From Phaeovulum sp. (lineage in GTDB: Bacteria > Pseudomonadota > Alphaproteobacteria > Rhodobacterales > Rhodobacteraceae): 64,000 bases of DNA. The notes below the pieces were generated by a model. It made no database searches. It was not told the DNA's origin and was given only the letters and a program-made list of their open reading frames with translations. Below, one piece after another: positions 8,758 through 20,041 of the stretch. The position numbers and the translations under genes were made by a program. Location of the stretch: positions 8,239 to 72,238 of the forward strand of contig NZ_JAUXPI010000030.1 of assembly GCF_030684035.1 (NCBI RefSeq). The letters run 5' to 3'. Within the stretch, counting starts at the first letter, position 1, and each line of letters opens with the position of its first letter.

Positions 8758-10911
8758 TCAGCCGGGACTGAACATCACTACCGAAAGCGGCGGCAGGTAG
8801 AACGCGCCGCTCTGCGCCCTGCCCCGCCAGCCGTGTTGCTGCGCCTTGACCGCGCCCATGTTGCCACGGTTCGCGCCGCCATAATGCGCGCTGTCGGTAT
8901 TCATCACCTCATGCCAGGCACCGCCTTGACTGAGGCCAAGCCGGTACCCAACGCGCTCGATCGGGGTCAGGTTTGCCACCACCAGCACCGGAGCCGCGCC
9001 GGGCGCGTGGCGCTCGAAAGCATAGACGGAATTTGCCGCGTCATCCGCCTCGACCCATTCGAACCCCTCGGCGCGGCAATCGCCCCAATGCAGCGCCGGG
9101 GTTTCACGGTAGAGCCGGTTGAGATCGCGCACGAGGTTCTGCACGCCCCGGTGCGCGGGCACATCGAGCAGATGCCAGTCAAGCTGCCCCGCCTGCGCCC
9201 ATTCACGCAACTGGCCGAACTCCTGCCCCATGAAGAGCAGCTTCTTGCCCGGATGTCCCCACATCATGCCAAGAAAGGCGCGCAGATTGGCGAATTTTTC
9301 GCCCTCCAGCCCCGGCATCCTGCCAAGCAGGCTGCCCTTGCCGTGCACCACCTCGTCATGGCTCAGAGGAAGGATGAAGTTTTCGCTCCAGGCATAGGAA
9401 CTTGCAAAGGTAATTTCGTTGTGATGGTGGCGGCGATGGACCGGATCGCGGGCGAAATAGCGCAGCCAGTCGTTCATCCAGCCCATGTTCCACTTGTAGC
9501 CAAAGCCCAAACCGCCCGCATGCACCGGCCTTGAGACCCCGGGGTAGGACGTGCTTTCCTCGGCAATCGTCATGATCCCCGGCGCGCCGCCGTAGGCCGC
9601 CGCGTTCATCTCTTGCAAAAATGCAATGGCTTCAAGGTTTTCGCGCCCGCCCTTGACGTTTGGCACCCACTCGCCCGCAGGCCGCGAATAGTCGCGGTAG
9701 AGCATCGAGGCGACCGCATCCACGCGCAACCCGTCGAGATGATATTCCTCCAGCCAGAACAGCGCGTTGGCCAGAAGATAATTGGCCACCTCACGGCGAC
9801 CGTAGTTGAAGATCAGGGTGTTCCAGTCGCGGTGGAAGCCCTCGCGCGGGTCGGCGTGTTCGTAAAGCGAGGTGCCGTCGAAATGCGCCAGCCCGTGCGC
9901 GTCGGTCGGAAAATGCCCCGGCACCCAATCGAGGATGACCCCAAGCCCCTTGCGATGCGCCGCATCGACCAGCGCCGCGAACTCCTCCGGCCGACCGTGG
10001 CGGATGGTCGGGGCGTAAAGGCCAACCGGCTGATAGCCCCAACTGCCGTCGAACGGGTGCTCGGTGATCGGCAGGAACTCGATATGCGTAAAGCCAAGAT
10101 CATCGATGTAATCAACAAGTTGCGAGGCGACTTCAAAGTAACTCAGCGGCCTGCCGCCCTCTGCCGCGACGCGCCGCCAGCTGCCCAGATGCACCTCGTA
10201 TACCGAGATCGGAGCACCGATGCTGGCGGCTTCGGCGCGCCGCCCCAGCCAGCCGCCATCGGCCCAGACATGCCGCCCGAGCGCGCGCACCACCGAAGCG
10301 GTCTGCGGCGGATGCTCGGCCCCAAAGCCCAAAGGGTCGGCTTTCAGTGCCTGCAGGCGGCCATCGTGCCCCAGAATTTCGTATTTATAGGCCTCGCCTT
10401 CCGCCAGCCCCGGCAGAAAGATTTCCCAAACCCCGGTCGCGCCGCGCTTGCGCATCTGATGCCGCCGACCATCCCAGTTGTCGAACGCCCCGACCACCGA
10501 AACCCGGCGCGCATTGGGGGCCCAGACCGCAAAATGCACCCCTGCCACGCCCTCATGGGTGGTCAGATGCGCGCCGAGCACCTGCCAGAGGCGGCGGTGA
10601 CGGCCTTCGCCGATCAGGTATTCATCGATCTCGCCAAGAACCGGGCCAAAGCGGTAGGGATCCTCGAATTCCCAAATCCCGGCGGCACCTTCGGCGCGCA
10701 GCCGGTAGGGGGCTGCTTCGGGCCAGTCGCCAGCAAAAACGCCGGGCGCGGCGGTTTTCAGCTCGACCGTTTCGGTGCCCAGGGCCCATAGCCGCGCCGC
10801 GTCGGGCACCAAAGCCACAATCTGCCCGCCATGCGCCCCCAGCACCGAAAACGGGTCCGCGTGCCGCCCCTCGGCCAAGGCCCGCGCCGTCGTGGCGTCC
10901 AGTCGTGCCAT
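8758..10911 (-). CDS. glgB: 1,4-alpha-glucan branching enzyme
   Basis: Track ORF trimmed to [27 protein letters not shown]. It carries the GH13 motifs [12 protein letters not shown] and AEESTS. The start lies 8 nt after the glgP stop. Confidence 0.9.
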   Translation of the reverse strand: MARLDATTARALAEGRHADPFSVLGAHGGQIVALVPDAARLWALGTETVELKTAAPGVFAGDWPEAAPYRLRAEGAAGIWEFEDPYRFGPVLGEIDEYLIGEGRHRRLWQVLGAHLTTHEGVAGVHFAVWAPNARRVSVVGAFDNWDGRRHQMRKRGATGVWEIFLPGLAEGEAYKYEILGHDGRLQALKADPLGFGAEHPPQTASVVRALGRHVWADGGWLGRRAEAASIGAPISVYEVHLGSWRRVAAEGGRPLSYFEVASQLVDYIDDLGFTHIEFLPITEHPFDGSWGYQPVGLYAPTIRHGRPEEFAALVDAAHRKGLGVILDWVPGHFPTDAHGLAHFDGTSLYEHADPREGFHRDWNTLIFNYGRREVANYLLANALFWLEEYHLDGLRVDAVASMLYRDYSRPAGEWVPNVKGGRENLEAIAFLQEMNAAAYGGAPGIMTIAEESTSYPGVSRPVHAGGLGFGYKWNMGWMNDWLRYFARDPVHRRHHHNEITFASSYAWSENFILPLSHDEVVHGKGSLLGRMPGLEGEKFANLRAFLGMMWGHPGKKLLFMGQEFGQLREWAQAGQLDWHLLDVPAHRGVQNLVRDLNRLYRETPALHWGDCRAEGFEWVEADDAANSVYAFERHAPGAAPVLVVANLTPIERVGYRLGLSQGGAWHEVMNTDSAHYGGANRGNMGAVKAQQHGWRGRAQSGAFYLPPLSVVMFSPG

Positions 10912-10919
10912 GCCGTCCC

Positions 10920-13376
10920 CTATAGCGCTGATACCGTGCCCCAAATGCCTGTCATGTAGTCGCGGATTGCGCGGTCCGAAGAAAAATACCCCATCCGCGC
11001 GGTATTGAGCGCCGCCATCCGCCACCAGCGGTCAGGCTCGGCGAAAGCTGCCTCTACCTGCGCCTGCGCTGCATCATAGGCGGCAAAATCAGAAGCCACG
11101 AGGAAATAGTCGGAATTCCAGATGTTGTGCACAAGGCCGTGGTAGCGCCCCGGTTCGCCGGGGCTGAAGCGGCCCTCGGCGATCATCTGCAACACGTCCT
11201 GCAAGGGCTGGCTGGCAAGGATCGCCCTGCGCGCGTGTTCGGGGTCGCGCCGACGTTCTGCCACCTCGGTCGCGGTGAGGCCGAACAGAAAGAAGTTTTC
11301 GGTGCCGACCTCATCGCGGATTTCCACATTGGCACCATCCAGCGTGCCGATGGTCAGCGCGCCGTTCAGCGCAAATTTCATGTTGCCGGTGCCCGAGGCT
11401 TCCTTGCCGGCGGTTGAAATCTGCTCGGAAAGGTCGGCGGCGGGCACCAGACGCTCGGCCATGCTGACGTTGTAGTTCTCGGGATAGACAATCTGAAGCG
11501 CGTCGCGGGTTTTCGGGTCCGCATTAATTACTAACGCGACATCATTGATAAGACGGATTATTTCCTTTGCGGCATGGTAGCCCGGCGCGGCCTTGCCGCC
11601 GAAGATCCGCAGCCTCGGCACAGCCGAGCCCGGGGCATCGCGCAGCCTTTGCCAATGCGCGATGCATTGCAGGATGTTGAGCAACTGGCGTTTGTATTCA
11701 TGCACCCGCTTGACCTGCACATCGAAGATCGCATCGGGGTTGACCGTCAGCCCCTGGGTCGCGCCGATCCAGGCCGCGAGCGCGGCCTTGTTGGCGCGCT
11801 TGGCGGCGGCGAAATCGGCGCGAAAGCCCGCATCTTCAACAAAGGGTTGCAGTGCCGCAAGGCGGTCGAGATCGGCCTCCCAGCCCGGCCCGATGCTGCG
11901 GGTAATGAGGCCCGAGAGCGCCGGATTGGCCATCCGCAGCCAGCGCCGGGGGGTGACGCCGTTGGTCACATTCACCACCCGGCCCGGGTGCAAAGCGTCA
12001 AGCTCAGGGAAAAGCGAGGTCTTCACCAGCTCGGTATGCAACTTTGAAACACCGTTGACCCGGTGCGAGGTAACAAAGGCCAGATCCCCCATCCGCACTT
12101 CGTGGTGCTTCACGATGCCAACATAATGCGGCCGCGTCGGGTGGCGCGTCGCGTGCCAGGCGTCGATCTCTTCGATGATCTGCATATGGCGCGGCAGCAC
12201 CGAACCCATGAGATAGGTCGCCCAGCGTTCCAGCGCCTCGGGCAGAAGCGTGTGGTTGGTGTAGCCAAGGCAGGCGACCGCAATTTCGATGGCGGCAGCA
12301 AATTCCATCCCGTGCACATCAACCAGCAGCCGGATCAACTCGGGCCCGGCCAATGCCGGGTGGGTGTCGTTCATCTGGATCGCCGCATGCGCGGGCAGAT
12401 CGCCGAGCGCAAAACCACCGGCAAGGTGGCGGCGCAGAATATCTTGCAGCGCCGAGGAGACGAGGAAGTATTCCTGCTTCAGCCGCAATTCCTTGCCCTG
12501 AAAGGTGGTGTCGTCGGGGTAGAGCACCCGGCTCAGCGTGCGTGCCAAAGCTTCGGGCTCGGCGGCGGCGGCGTAATCGCCGTGGTTGAAGCGGGCAAGG
12601 TCGAAAAGCGTTGTCGGCTTGGCGCTCCAGAGCCGCAGGGTGTTGGCCCATCGCCCGCCCCAGCCGATCACCGGCGTGTCATGCGCCTCGGCGCGCACGG
12701 TTTCGGACGGGGTCCAGACGGCGCGACCGGCAAGCCGCGTGACCTCGCCGCGAAAACCGACCAGATAGGCGGATTCGGGGCGCTCGAACTCCCACGGGTG
12801 GCGTTGGGTCAGCCAGGTTTCCGCCTGTTCGCGCTGCTCGCCGCCTTCGATGCTTTGGCGGAAAAGCCCGTGTTCGTAGCGAATGCCGTAGCCGTAGCCG
12901 GGGCAGCCGAGCGTGGCCATGCTTTCCATGTAGCACGCCGCAAGCCTCCCGAGCCCGCCGTTGCCAAGCGCCGCGTCAGGCTCCTCGCCCACCAGTTCGC
13001 TGAAATCAACCCCGAGCCCGGCAAGCGCCTCGCTGGCAGCATCGCGCAGACCAAGGTTGATCGCCGCATCTTCAAGCATGCGCCCGACGAGAAATTCCAT
13101 CGACAGGTAATAAACCCGCTTGGCCCCGGTTTCCCAGGTGCGCCGGGTGGCGGCAAACCACGGCTCCACGATGCGGTCGCGCAGCGCAAAGGAAAGCGCC
13201 ATCCGCCAATCATAGGCCGAGGCATGCGCGGCATCCTTGCCCATGGTGAAAGTCAGGTGCCGCACGATGTCGGCGCGCAGCGACGTGTTGGTGATAGCGT
13301 TAACATATGACAAGGTGGCCGGGCCTTCCAAAGCGGTTTGGATACCTTTCTGCAACTCTCGCACCCGCCACGTCAA
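10920..13376 (-). CDS. glgP: Glycogen/maltodextrin phosphorylase
   Basis: 818 aa with the PLP-lysine motif [27 protein letters not shown]. The track start is a TTG codon, so the exact start is uncertain. Confidence 0.9.
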   Translation of the reverse strand: MTWRVRELQKGIQTALEGPATLSYVNAITNTSLRADIVRHLTFTMGKDAAHASAYDWRMALSFALRDRIVEPWFAATRRTWETGAKRVYYLSMEFLVGRMLEDAAINLGLRDAASEALAGLGVDFSELVGEEPDAALGNGGLGRLAACYMESMATLGCPGYGYGIRYEHGLFRQSIEGGEQREQAETWLTQRHPWEFERPESAYLVGFRGEVTRLAGRAVWTPSETVRAEAHDTPVIGWGGRWANTLRLWSAKPTTLFDLARFNHGDYAAAAEPEALARTLSRVLYPDDTTFQGKELRLKQEYFLVSSALQDILRRHLAGGFALGDLPAHAAIQMNDTHPALAGPELIRLLVDVHGMEFAAAIEIAVACLGYTNHTLLPEALERWATYLMGSVLPRHMQIIEEIDAWHATRHPTRPHYVGIVKHHEVRMGDLAFVTSHRVNGVSKLHTELVKTSLFPELDALHPGRVVNVTNGVTPRRWLRMANPALSGLITRSIGPGWEADLDRLAALQPFVEDAGFRADFAAAKRANKAALAAWIGATQGLTVNPDAIFDVQVKRVHEYKRQLLNILQCIAHWQRLRDAPGSAVPRLRIFGGKAAPGYHAAKEIIRLINDVALVINADPKTRDALQIVYPENYNVSMAERLVPAADLSEQISTAGKEASGTGNMKFALNGALTIGTLDGANVEIRDEVGTENFFLFGLTATEVAERRRDPEHARRAILASQPLQDVLQMIAEGRFSPGEPGRYHGLVHNIWNSDYFLVASDFAAYDAAQAQVEAAFAEPDRWWRMAALNTARMGYFSSDRAIRDYMTGIWGTVSAL

Positions 13377-13453
13377 GCGTGCTGAAGGGGAATCGTTTCG
13401 CCCGCGCCGGGTCGCGGCTAGACATGCGGCAGGCGGTTGCGTGGAGAATGCGG

Positions 13454-15037
13454 ATGGCGGAGTGGTGGCGCGGCGCGGTGGTCTATCAGATTTACCCGCG
13501 CAGCTTTCAGGACAGCAACGGCGACGGCATTGGCGATCTTGTCGGCATCACCCGGCGGCTCGAGCATGTCGCGCGGCTCGGGGCCGATGCGATCTGGATT
13601 TCGCCGGTGTTCCCCTCGCCGATGGCCGACATGGGCTATGATGTCTCCGACTATCGCGGCATCGACCCGTTGTTCGGCACGCTTGCCGATTTCGACGCGC
13701 TGCTGGCGCGGGCGCATGATCTGGGGCTGCGGGTGATCCTCGATCAGGTGCTGAGCCATTCCTCGGACCGCCACCCCTGGTTTGCCGACAGCCGCACCCG
13801 CGGTGCGCGCGCCGATTGGTATGTCTGGGCCGATGCGCGCGCTGATGGGACGCCACCGAACAACTGGCTTTCGGTATTCGGCGGCCCGGCCTGGGAATGG
13901 GATGCGGGGCGGCGGCAGTACTACCTGCATAATTTTCTGCCATCGCAACCGGACCTCAATTTGCACAACCCGGCGGCGCAGGACGCGGTGCTCGAGGTTC
14001 TGCGCTTCTGGCTTGATCGTGGCGTTGACGGATTTCGGCTCGATACGGTGAATTACTACCTGCATGATCCAGCGCTGCGCAACAATCCGCCCGCCCCCGG
14101 TGGCCTTGCCAAAGTGAATACCTACGACATGCAAGACCACCGGTATGACAAGACCCGGCCCGAAAACCTTGCCCTGATCGCCCGCATCCGGGCGCTGACC
14201 GATGCCTACCCGGACCGCTGCCTGATCGGTGAGGTGGGCGAAGTTGCGGGCCGGGCGCTGCCGATCATGGCGGCCTACACGAAGGGGAAGAAGCACCTGC
14301 ACATGGCCTACAGCTTTGATCTGCTGGGCGAAGATTACACGCCTGCGCATTTTCGCGAAACTGTCGAAGGCTTCCTTGCCGCCGCCCCCGATGGCTGGCC
14401 CTACTGGTCATTTTCCAACCATGATGTGGTGCGCGCTGCAACCCGCTGGGCAGGCAATGGCGCTGACCCGGAGCTGGTGGCAAAGCAGGCGCTGGCGCTT
14501 TTGCTGTCGCTGCCGGGCACGATCGGGCTCTATCAGGGCGAGGAACTGGGGCAGACCGAGACCGAGCTTGCATACGAGGAACTGACCGACCCGCTTGGCC
14601 TGCGGTTCTGGCCCGAGGTGAAGGGGCGCGATGGTTGCCGCACGCCGATGGTCTGGGATACCGCGCCGCAGGCCGGGTTCAGCACCGCGCGGCCCTGGCT
14701 GCCAGTGAAACCGCCACAGGCGTTGCGCAATGTGGTGGCGGCCGAGGCCCAACCCGCATCGGTTCTGCACCACGCCCGCGCGGTCTTGGCGCTGCGCCGC
14801 GCAAGCCCTGCCCTGCAGCTTGGCGCGACGCGGTTTCTTGACCTGCCCGCGCCGATCCTCGGGTTCACCCGCAGCATGGCCGGCACATCGCTTACCTGCC
14901 TGTTCAACCTTTCGCCCGTCGCACGACGCCTGGCCGTGCCTACGCCCGGCACCCTCATCGCCCCGTCGCAGGGGGCGGAGCAGCTTGGGTCGGAGCTGCT
15001 GCTTTCCGCCAATGCCTGGGCTTGGCAGCGTCACTGA
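13454..15037 (+). CDS. GH13 alpha-glucosidase / oligo-1,6-glucosidase-like
   Basis: Track ORF 13307..15037 trimmed to MAEWWRGAVVYQIYPRSFQDSNGDGIGD, with the catalytic region GFRLDTVN. It is divergent from glgP. Confidence 0.9.
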   Translation: MAEWWRGAVVYQIYPRSFQDSNGDGIGDLVGITRRLEHVARLGADAIWISPVFPSPMADMGYDVSDYRGIDPLFGTLADFDALLARAHDLGLRVILDQVLSHSSDRHPWFADSRTRGARADWYVWADARADGTPPNNWLSVFGGPAWEWDAGRRQYYLHNFLPSQPDLNLHNPAAQDAVLEVLRFWLDRGVDGFRLDTVNYYLHDPALRNNPPAPGGLAKVNTYDMQDHRYDKTRPENLALIARIRALTDAYPDRCLIGEVGEVAGRALPIMAAYTKGKKHLHMAYSFDLLGEDYTPAHFRETVEGFLAAAPDGWPYWSFSNHDVVRAATRWAGNGADPELVAKQALALLLSLPGTIGLYQGEELGQTETELAYEELTDPLGLRFWPEVKGRDGCRTPMVWDTAPQAGFSTARPWLPVKPPQALRNVVAAEAQPASVLHHARAVLALRRASPALQLGATRFLDLPAPILGFTRSMAGTSLTCLFNLSPVARRLAVPTPGTLIAPSQGAEQLGSELLLSANAWAWQRH

Positions 15038-15160
15038 GAAGCATTGCACCCGCGCAATTGCGCTTGAGTGACGGGCAACACGCAGCTAAACCATTGATTG
15101 TAGCGTGTGTATTTTTCATGGTGCAAGTGATGACGAGAAAGCAACTGGAACAGGCACGCC

Positions 15161-15553
15161 ATGACAGGTTCGCACCCGGCAAGACCGACGCCCTGGCTTG
15201 CCGCCGCGCTTGATGCAACCGCTGCGGAACACCGAAGAATATTGCTTATCGACCCGCGCCATCCGCAGCCAATGGCGCTGCGCGGGCTGAAGGGGGCCGA
15301 TATCACTTTTGCCACTCTCGCAGCGGTTGATGCTGGGCTGCTTGACCGAACCACCCCCGATGTCGTGCTCGCGCCACTCATGACGCCAAGTTTTGACGTG
15401 CTTGACCTCGCGCGTCGGCTGCGAGCACTCGGATATCGTGGGCAATTGCGCGCCTTCACCCCGAATATTCCCGACCCGCATCTGGTGCGCTCTGAAATCG
15501 CTTCGGCCTGCCCTGGCCTCGACTTCGATCTGATCGTGCTGGCGACAGATTAG
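15161..15553 (+). CDS. Hypothetical protein (130 aa)
   Basis: It is the only ORF in this gap with a plausible amino-acid composition, but no family motif was recognised. Its stop overlaps the convergent stop of the next gene. Confidence 0.5.
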   Translation: MTGSHPARPTPWLAAALDATAAEHRRILLIDPRHPQPMALRGLKGADITFATLAAVDAGLLDRTTPDVVLAPLMTPSFDVLDLARRLRALGYRGQLRAFTPNIPDPHLVRSEIASACPGLDFDLIVLATD

Positions 15554-16068
15554 ACGGCGCGCAGCCCGGCGGCAAAGCGGCGGGCATTGGCGCGGTAATG
15601 CACGGCGGAACGCAGGAGTTTTTCCACCCCGGCTTCGTCCAACTGGCGGACCACGCGCCCTGGTGCGCCCATGACCAGACTGAAATCGGGGATAACCTTG
15701 CCTTCGGTAATCAACGCTCCGGCACCGATCAGGCAGCCGCGCCCGATCACCGCGCCGTTCAGAACCGTCGCCCCCATGCCGATCAGCGTGCCATCGCCAA
15801 TCGTGCAGCCATGCAGCATCGCCTTGTGGCCGATGGTGCAATCCGCCCCGATGGCAAGCGGAAAGCCCATGTCGGTGTGCAGCACCGAGGCCTCCTGAAC
15901 GTTGCTGCCCGGGCCAAGCCGGATTTCCTCGTTGTCGCCGCGCAGCGTGGCACCGAACCAGACCGAAGCGCCTGCCTCCAGCACCACCTTGCCGATCAGA
16001 TTGGCATCGGGTGCAACCCAGGCGTCGGCTGCAACCAAGGGGACAATGCCGTCAAGCGCGTAGATCAT
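15550..16068 (-). CDS. Gamma-carbonic-anhydrase-like left-handed beta-helix (hexapeptide-repeat) protein
   Basis: 172 aa with a hexapeptide repeat pattern and the conserved segments [10 protein letters not shown] and [13 protein letters not shown]. Confidence 0.85.
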   Translation of the reverse strand: MIYALDGIVPLVAADAWVAPDANLIGKVVLEAGASVWFGATLRGDNEEIRLGPGSNVQEASVLHTDMGFPLAIGADCTIGHKAMLHGCTIGDGTLIGMGATVLNGAVIGRGCLIGAGALITEGKVIPDFSLVMGAPGRVVRQLDEAGVEKLLRSAVHYRANARRFAAGLRAV

Positions 16069-16712
16069 CGGGCGGCAAACTCCGCATTGAGGCCACGGAC
16101 GAAATCCGCAAGCCCGGTCTGGCGCTCGCGTTTCAGCCGCTCGGCGGCGAGGATGGTGGCAAGTGCTGTCTCGGCGCGGTCAAGATCATCGTTGACCAGA
16201 ACATAATCGTATTCAGCCCAGTGGCTGATCTCGGCCTGGCTTTTCGCCATCCGACCGGCAATCACCTCGGGCGCATCCTGGCCGCGCGCGCGCAGGCGGC
16301 GATCAAGCTCGGCAATCGACGGCGGCAGGATGAAGACCGAAACGACATCGCGCCCGAGCGCCGAGTTCCGCACCTGCTGGCCGCCCTGCCAATCAATGTC
16401 GAGCAGCACATCGCGCCCGGCCGCAAGATCCGCCTCGATCGGGCCGCGCGGCGAGCCGTAGAGGTGGCCGAATACCTCGGCGTGTTCCAGCATGTCGCCG
16501 CGCCGGGCGGCGGCTTCAAAGGCTTCGCGGGCAAGAAACCAGTATTCGCGGCCATCGACCTCGCCGGGGCGCGGCGCGCGGGTGGTCGCGGAAACCGAAA
16601 AGCGCATATCCGCGTCTTTCGCCATCAGGCGGCGCGCGAGGGTGGTCTTGCCAGCACCCGAGGGTGAGGACAGGATGACGAGAAGGCCGCGGCGGGGGCT
16701 GGCAGGGGGCAT
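16065..16712 (-). CDS. gmk: Guanylate kinase
   Basis: 215 aa with the P-loop [11 protein letters not shown] and the GMP-binding segment [17 protein letters not shown]. Confidence 0.95.
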   Translation of the reverse strand: MPPASPRRGLLVILSSPSGAGKTTLARRLMAKDADMRFSVSATTRAPRPGEVDGREYWFLAREAFEAAARRGDMLEHAEVFGHLYGSPRGPIEADLAAGRDVLLDIDWQGGQQVRNSALGRDVVSVFILPPSIAELDRRLRARGQDAPEVIAGRMAKSQAEISHWAEYDYVLVNDDLDRAETALATILAAERLKRERQTGLADFVRGLNAEFAAR

Positions 16713-16715
16713 CGC

Positions 16716-17597
16716 CTACTCCAGATTCTGGATCTGCTCGCGCATCTGGTCGATCACATGCTTGAGGTCAAGCCCGATTGCGGTCAACTGCGTCGAGCCG
16801 GATTTGGAGCAGAGCGTATTGGCCTCGCGCACGAATTCCTGGGTGAGAAACTCCAGCTTGCGGCCAATCGCGCCCTCTGACGCGAGATGTGCGCGGGCGG
16901 CAGCGATGTGGGCGCGCAAACGGTCAAGCTCTTCGGTCACGTCGGCCTTGATGGCGATCAGCGCGAGTTCGCCGGCAACCCGCGCGGGGTCTGCCCCCGG
17001 CGCGGCATCGGCAACCCGCGCAAGCGCCGCGCGCATCGATTCGGCGGCTTGCGGGCGGCGCGCCTCCGCCGCCTCGGCGGCCGCCTCGGTCAACTCGGCG
17101 ATGCGGTCGATCTGGGCGGCGAGCACGCGTGCGAGCGCGGCACCTTCGCTGCGGCGCATGGCGTTGAAATCACCGAGCAGCAGCGCGAAATCGGCAAGCA
17201 GGGCGGCGCGCAGCGCCAGTGGCTCAGGCGGCTCGGTCGTGCCTTGCAGTGTCACCCCGCGCAGGCCGAGCACCTGCGCCGCCGAGGTCGCGGCAAGCTC
17301 CAGCCCCTGCCCTGCCGCCTGCGCCTCGACCGTGGCAAGCGCCGACAGTGCCGCAGAAAGACCCGTCGGGCTGAGCCGCAGCGCCTCGGTCGCGTCGGTT
17401 GCGACGAGCTTGAGGTTCAGTTGCACCGAGCCGCGCGCCACCTTGCGCGCCACCGCTTCGCGCAAAGCCAGCTCCAGCCCTTCGATGCCCTCGGGCAGGC
17501 GCAGCCGCAGATCGAGCCCCTTGCCATTGACCGCGCGCAGATCCCAGGCCCAATCCGCCCCGGCACCTGAACCCTGCCGCGCCGCAAAGCCAGTCAT
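16716..17597 (-). CDS. yicC: YicC/YloC-family stress-induced protein
   Basis: Track ORF trimmed to MTGFAARQG. The C-terminal GRKLEFLTQEFVREANTLCSKS is typical of YicC. It sits 3 nt upstream of gmk. Confidence 0.85.
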   Translation of the reverse strand: MTGFAARQGSGAGADWAWDLRAVNGKGLDLRLRLPEGIEGLELALREAVARKVARGSVQLNLKLVATDATEALRLSPTGLSAALSALATVEAQAAGQGLELAATSAAQVLGLRGVTLQGTTEPPEPLALRAALLADFALLLGDFNAMRRSEGAALARVLAAQIDRIAELTEAAAEAAEARRPQAAESMRAALARVADAAPGADPARVAGELALIAIKADVTEELDRLRAHIAAARAHLASEGAIGRKLEFLTQEFVREANTLCSKSGSTQLTAIGLDLKHVIDQMREQIQNLE

Positions 17598-17754
17598 CGA
17601 CAACGGGCCGCCCGCGGCACGCCTGTGGTTAACCATTTGTAAACTTTCCTGCCCGGGATCGCCGAGGATCGGCTATATTGGCAAAGAAGTAATCGTGTAG
17701 CGCCGCCGCGACAAGCGGGCTTGCCAGTTCGGCAGGGCCCGGGGGCCGGGGGCC

Positions 17755-18468
17755 ATGGGGTTGAGGTCGGAGATGGGCGGGAAATTGACAGGCGACGGAG
17801 GCTCGGTCACACCAATATACCCCGGGGCGCAGGGGCGCGCCCTGGCGCTGGTGCGCGCTTACTGGGAAGCGTTGCGCAGGGGCCGCCTGGTGCCTGCGCG
17901 CGCCGAGGTGGACCCGCGCGGCATCGAACAGGCGCTGGAATATGCCTTCATTGCCGAACGTATCGCCCCCGGCATGGCGCGCTTTCGCCTTGCGGGAATG
18001 CACCTCAACGACCTGATGGGCATGGAGGTGCGCGGCATGCCGCTTTCCACCTTTGCCGCGCCCGAATCGCGCAAGCGGCTTTCCGACGCGCTGGAGGCGG
18101 TGTTTCAGGGGCCCGAAATCGCCGAGCTGACGCTGCTGGCGGAGCCGGGCATCGGCAAGCCGCCGCTTTCGGCAAAGCTGCTGATCTTGCCGCTGAAATC
18201 CGACCTCGGTGACATCAACCGGGTGATGGGGTGCCTGGTGAGCGATGGCCAGATCGGCCGCAGCCCGCGCCGCTTCAACATCAGCGACGTGCGGATGAGC
18301 GCGATCGTCGCAGGCCAGCCGACCGGCGCAGAGAGCGCGCTCCCCCTGCCCGCAGCGCGGCACCAACCCGGCTTCGCGGAACCTGCCCCCGCGCCCCTCG
18401 CCACGCCCCAGGGCAGCCCCGAGGCGCGCCGCGCGATGCTGCGCCTGGTGGCAAAGAACGACGGCTGA
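17755..18468 (+). CDS. PAS-like (DUF1457-type) domain protein
   Basis: YWEALRRGRLVPARAEVDPRGIEQALEYAFIAERIAPGMARFRLAGMHLNDLMGMEVRGMP matches the conserved alphaproteobacterial PAS-like family from memory. An alternative start exists at 17773. Confidence 0.6.
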   Translation: MGLRSEMGGKLTGDGGSVTPIYPGAQGRALALVRAYWEALRRGRLVPARAEVDPRGIEQALEYAFIAERIAPGMARFRLAGMHLNDLMGMEVRGMPLSTFAAPESRKRLSDALEAVFQGPEIAELTLLAEPGIGKPPLSAKLLILPLKSDLGDINRVMGCLVSDGQIGRSPRRFNISDVRMSAIVAGQPTGAESALPLPAARHQPGFAEPAPAPLATPQGSPEARRAMLRLVAKNDG

Positions 18469-18486
18469 CAGCGGCCCGGCCTTGCC

Positions 18487-19857
18487 TCAGATTGCCACGG
18501 CCCTGCGCTGGTCGCGCAGCGCCTGCAATTCCTCGGCGACGAGGAACGCCAGTTCCAGCGACTGGCTGGCGTTAAGGCGCGGGTCGCAAGCGGTGTGGTA
18601 GCGGCTTGAGAGGTCTTCATCGGTCACCGCGCGCACGCCTCCGGTGCATTCGGTCACGTCCTTTCCGGTCATCTCGAAATGCACGCCGCCCGGAATCGTG
18701 CCTTCGGCGCGGTGCACCGCAAAGAATTCGCGCACCTCGCGCAGCACCGATTCGAAGGGCCGGGTCTTGTAGCCCGAAGCGGATTTGATCGTGTTGCCGT
18801 GCATCGCGTCGCAGGTCCAGACCACGTTCGCGCCAATGTCGCGCACCGCGCGGATGAGCCGCGGCAGATGGTCGCCCACCTTGCCCGCGCCAAACCTGGC
18901 GATCAGCGTCAGCCGCCCCGGCTCGTTTTCGGGGTTCAGCGTTTCGATCAGAAGCTTCAGGTCGTCAGCAGTAATCGAGGGGCCACATTTGAGGCCGACC
19001 GGGTTTTGCACGCCACGGCAGAAGGCGACATGGGCACCATCGGGCTGGCGGGTGCGATCACCGATCCAGAGCATGTGGCCAGAGCCTGCGACCGGCAGGC
19101 CGGTGGTGCTGTCGATCCGGCACAGCGCCTCTTCATATTCCAGCAGCAGCGCCTCGTGGCTGGTGTAGAAATCGACCTGCCCGAGCTCGGGGGCGGTCTC
19201 CGAGGTGACCCCGGCGGCAGCCATGAACGCCATCGCATCGGAAATGCGCGAGGCGATCTCGCGGTAACGTTCGGCGTCGTCTTCAGCGGTGAAGCCGGAA
19301 ATCCAGTTCTGCACCCGGTGAATATCGGCGTAGCCCCCGGTCGAGAAGGCGCGCAACAGGTTGAGGCTGGCAGCGGCCTGGGTATAGGCCTGCAACATCC
19401 GCGCCGGGTCTGGCACCCGCGCCTCGGGGGTGAAATCGAAACCGTTGATGATATCGCCCCGGTAGCTTGGCAATTCGAGACCGCCCATCACCTCGGTGCC
19501 CGCCGAGCGCGGCTTGGCAAACTGGCCCGCCATGCGGCCGACCTTGACCACCGGCAGCTTGGCACCCCAGGTCAGCACGATCGCCATTTGCAGCATCACC
19601 TTGAAGGTGTCGCGGATATTGTCGGCCGAAAACTCGCCAAAGCTCTCGGCGCAGTCGCCGCCTTGCAACAGGAACGCCTTGCCCTCGGCCACCTGCCCCA
19701 GCGCGCGCTTGAGCTTGCGCGCCTCGCCCGCGAATACCAGTGGCGGCATCCGCCCCAGTTGCGCTTCGACCACACCAACCGCCAGCGCATCGGGATAGTC
19801 GGGCATTTGCAGCCGCGGCAGTTTGCGCCAGTCGGATTTGGTCCAGGAGGTGGTCAT
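18487..19857 (-). CDS. Class II 3-deoxy-7-phosphoheptulonate (DAHP) synthase
   Basis: 456 aa with the N-terminal [19 protein letters not shown], plus GQFAKPRS and the class II length. Confidence 0.95.
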   Translation of the reverse strand: MTTSWTKSDWRKLPRLQMPDYPDALAVGVVEAQLGRMPPLVFAGEARKLKRALGQVAEGKAFLLQGGDCAESFGEFSADNIRDTFKVMLQMAIVLTWGAKLPVVKVGRMAGQFAKPRSAGTEVMGGLELPSYRGDIINGFDFTPEARVPDPARMLQAYTQAAASLNLLRAFSTGGYADIHRVQNWISGFTAEDDAERYREIASRISDAMAFMAAAGVTSETAPELGQVDFYTSHEALLLEYEEALCRIDSTTGLPVAGSGHMLWIGDRTRQPDGAHVAFCRGVQNPVGLKCGPSITADDLKLLIETLNPENEPGRLTLIARFGAGKVGDHLPRLIRAVRDIGANVVWTCDAMHGNTIKSASGYKTRPFESVLREVREFFAVHRAEGTIPGGVHFEMTGKDVTECTGGVRAVTDEDLSSRYHTACDPRLNASQSLELAFLVAEELQALRDQRRAVAI

Positions 19858-19897
19858 CTGCTATCCTTTCGCGTCGGCGTTCGTGGCGGCAGGCAAA

Positions 19898-19930
19898 GCC
19901 GCCGCGCCGCGTTATAGGGGGCGCGGCGGC
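19898..19930. promoter_or_regulatory. Perfect 11-bp GC inverted repeat (GCCGCCGCGCC-N11-GGCGCGGCGGC)
   Basis: Read directly from the sequence. It lies in the divergent intergenic region between the DAHP synthase start (19857) and the GlxA-type regulator start (20042). Confidence 0.5.
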
Positions 19931-20041
19931 GCAGTGCAAATGCGCATCGCGCACGGATTTCCCGCCGCCGCCGCGCAGGGCGCTTGCGGGCTGGCCGAAA
20001 GCCTGTATTGCTGGCATGAAACGACACCCAGCAGGTCGCAA

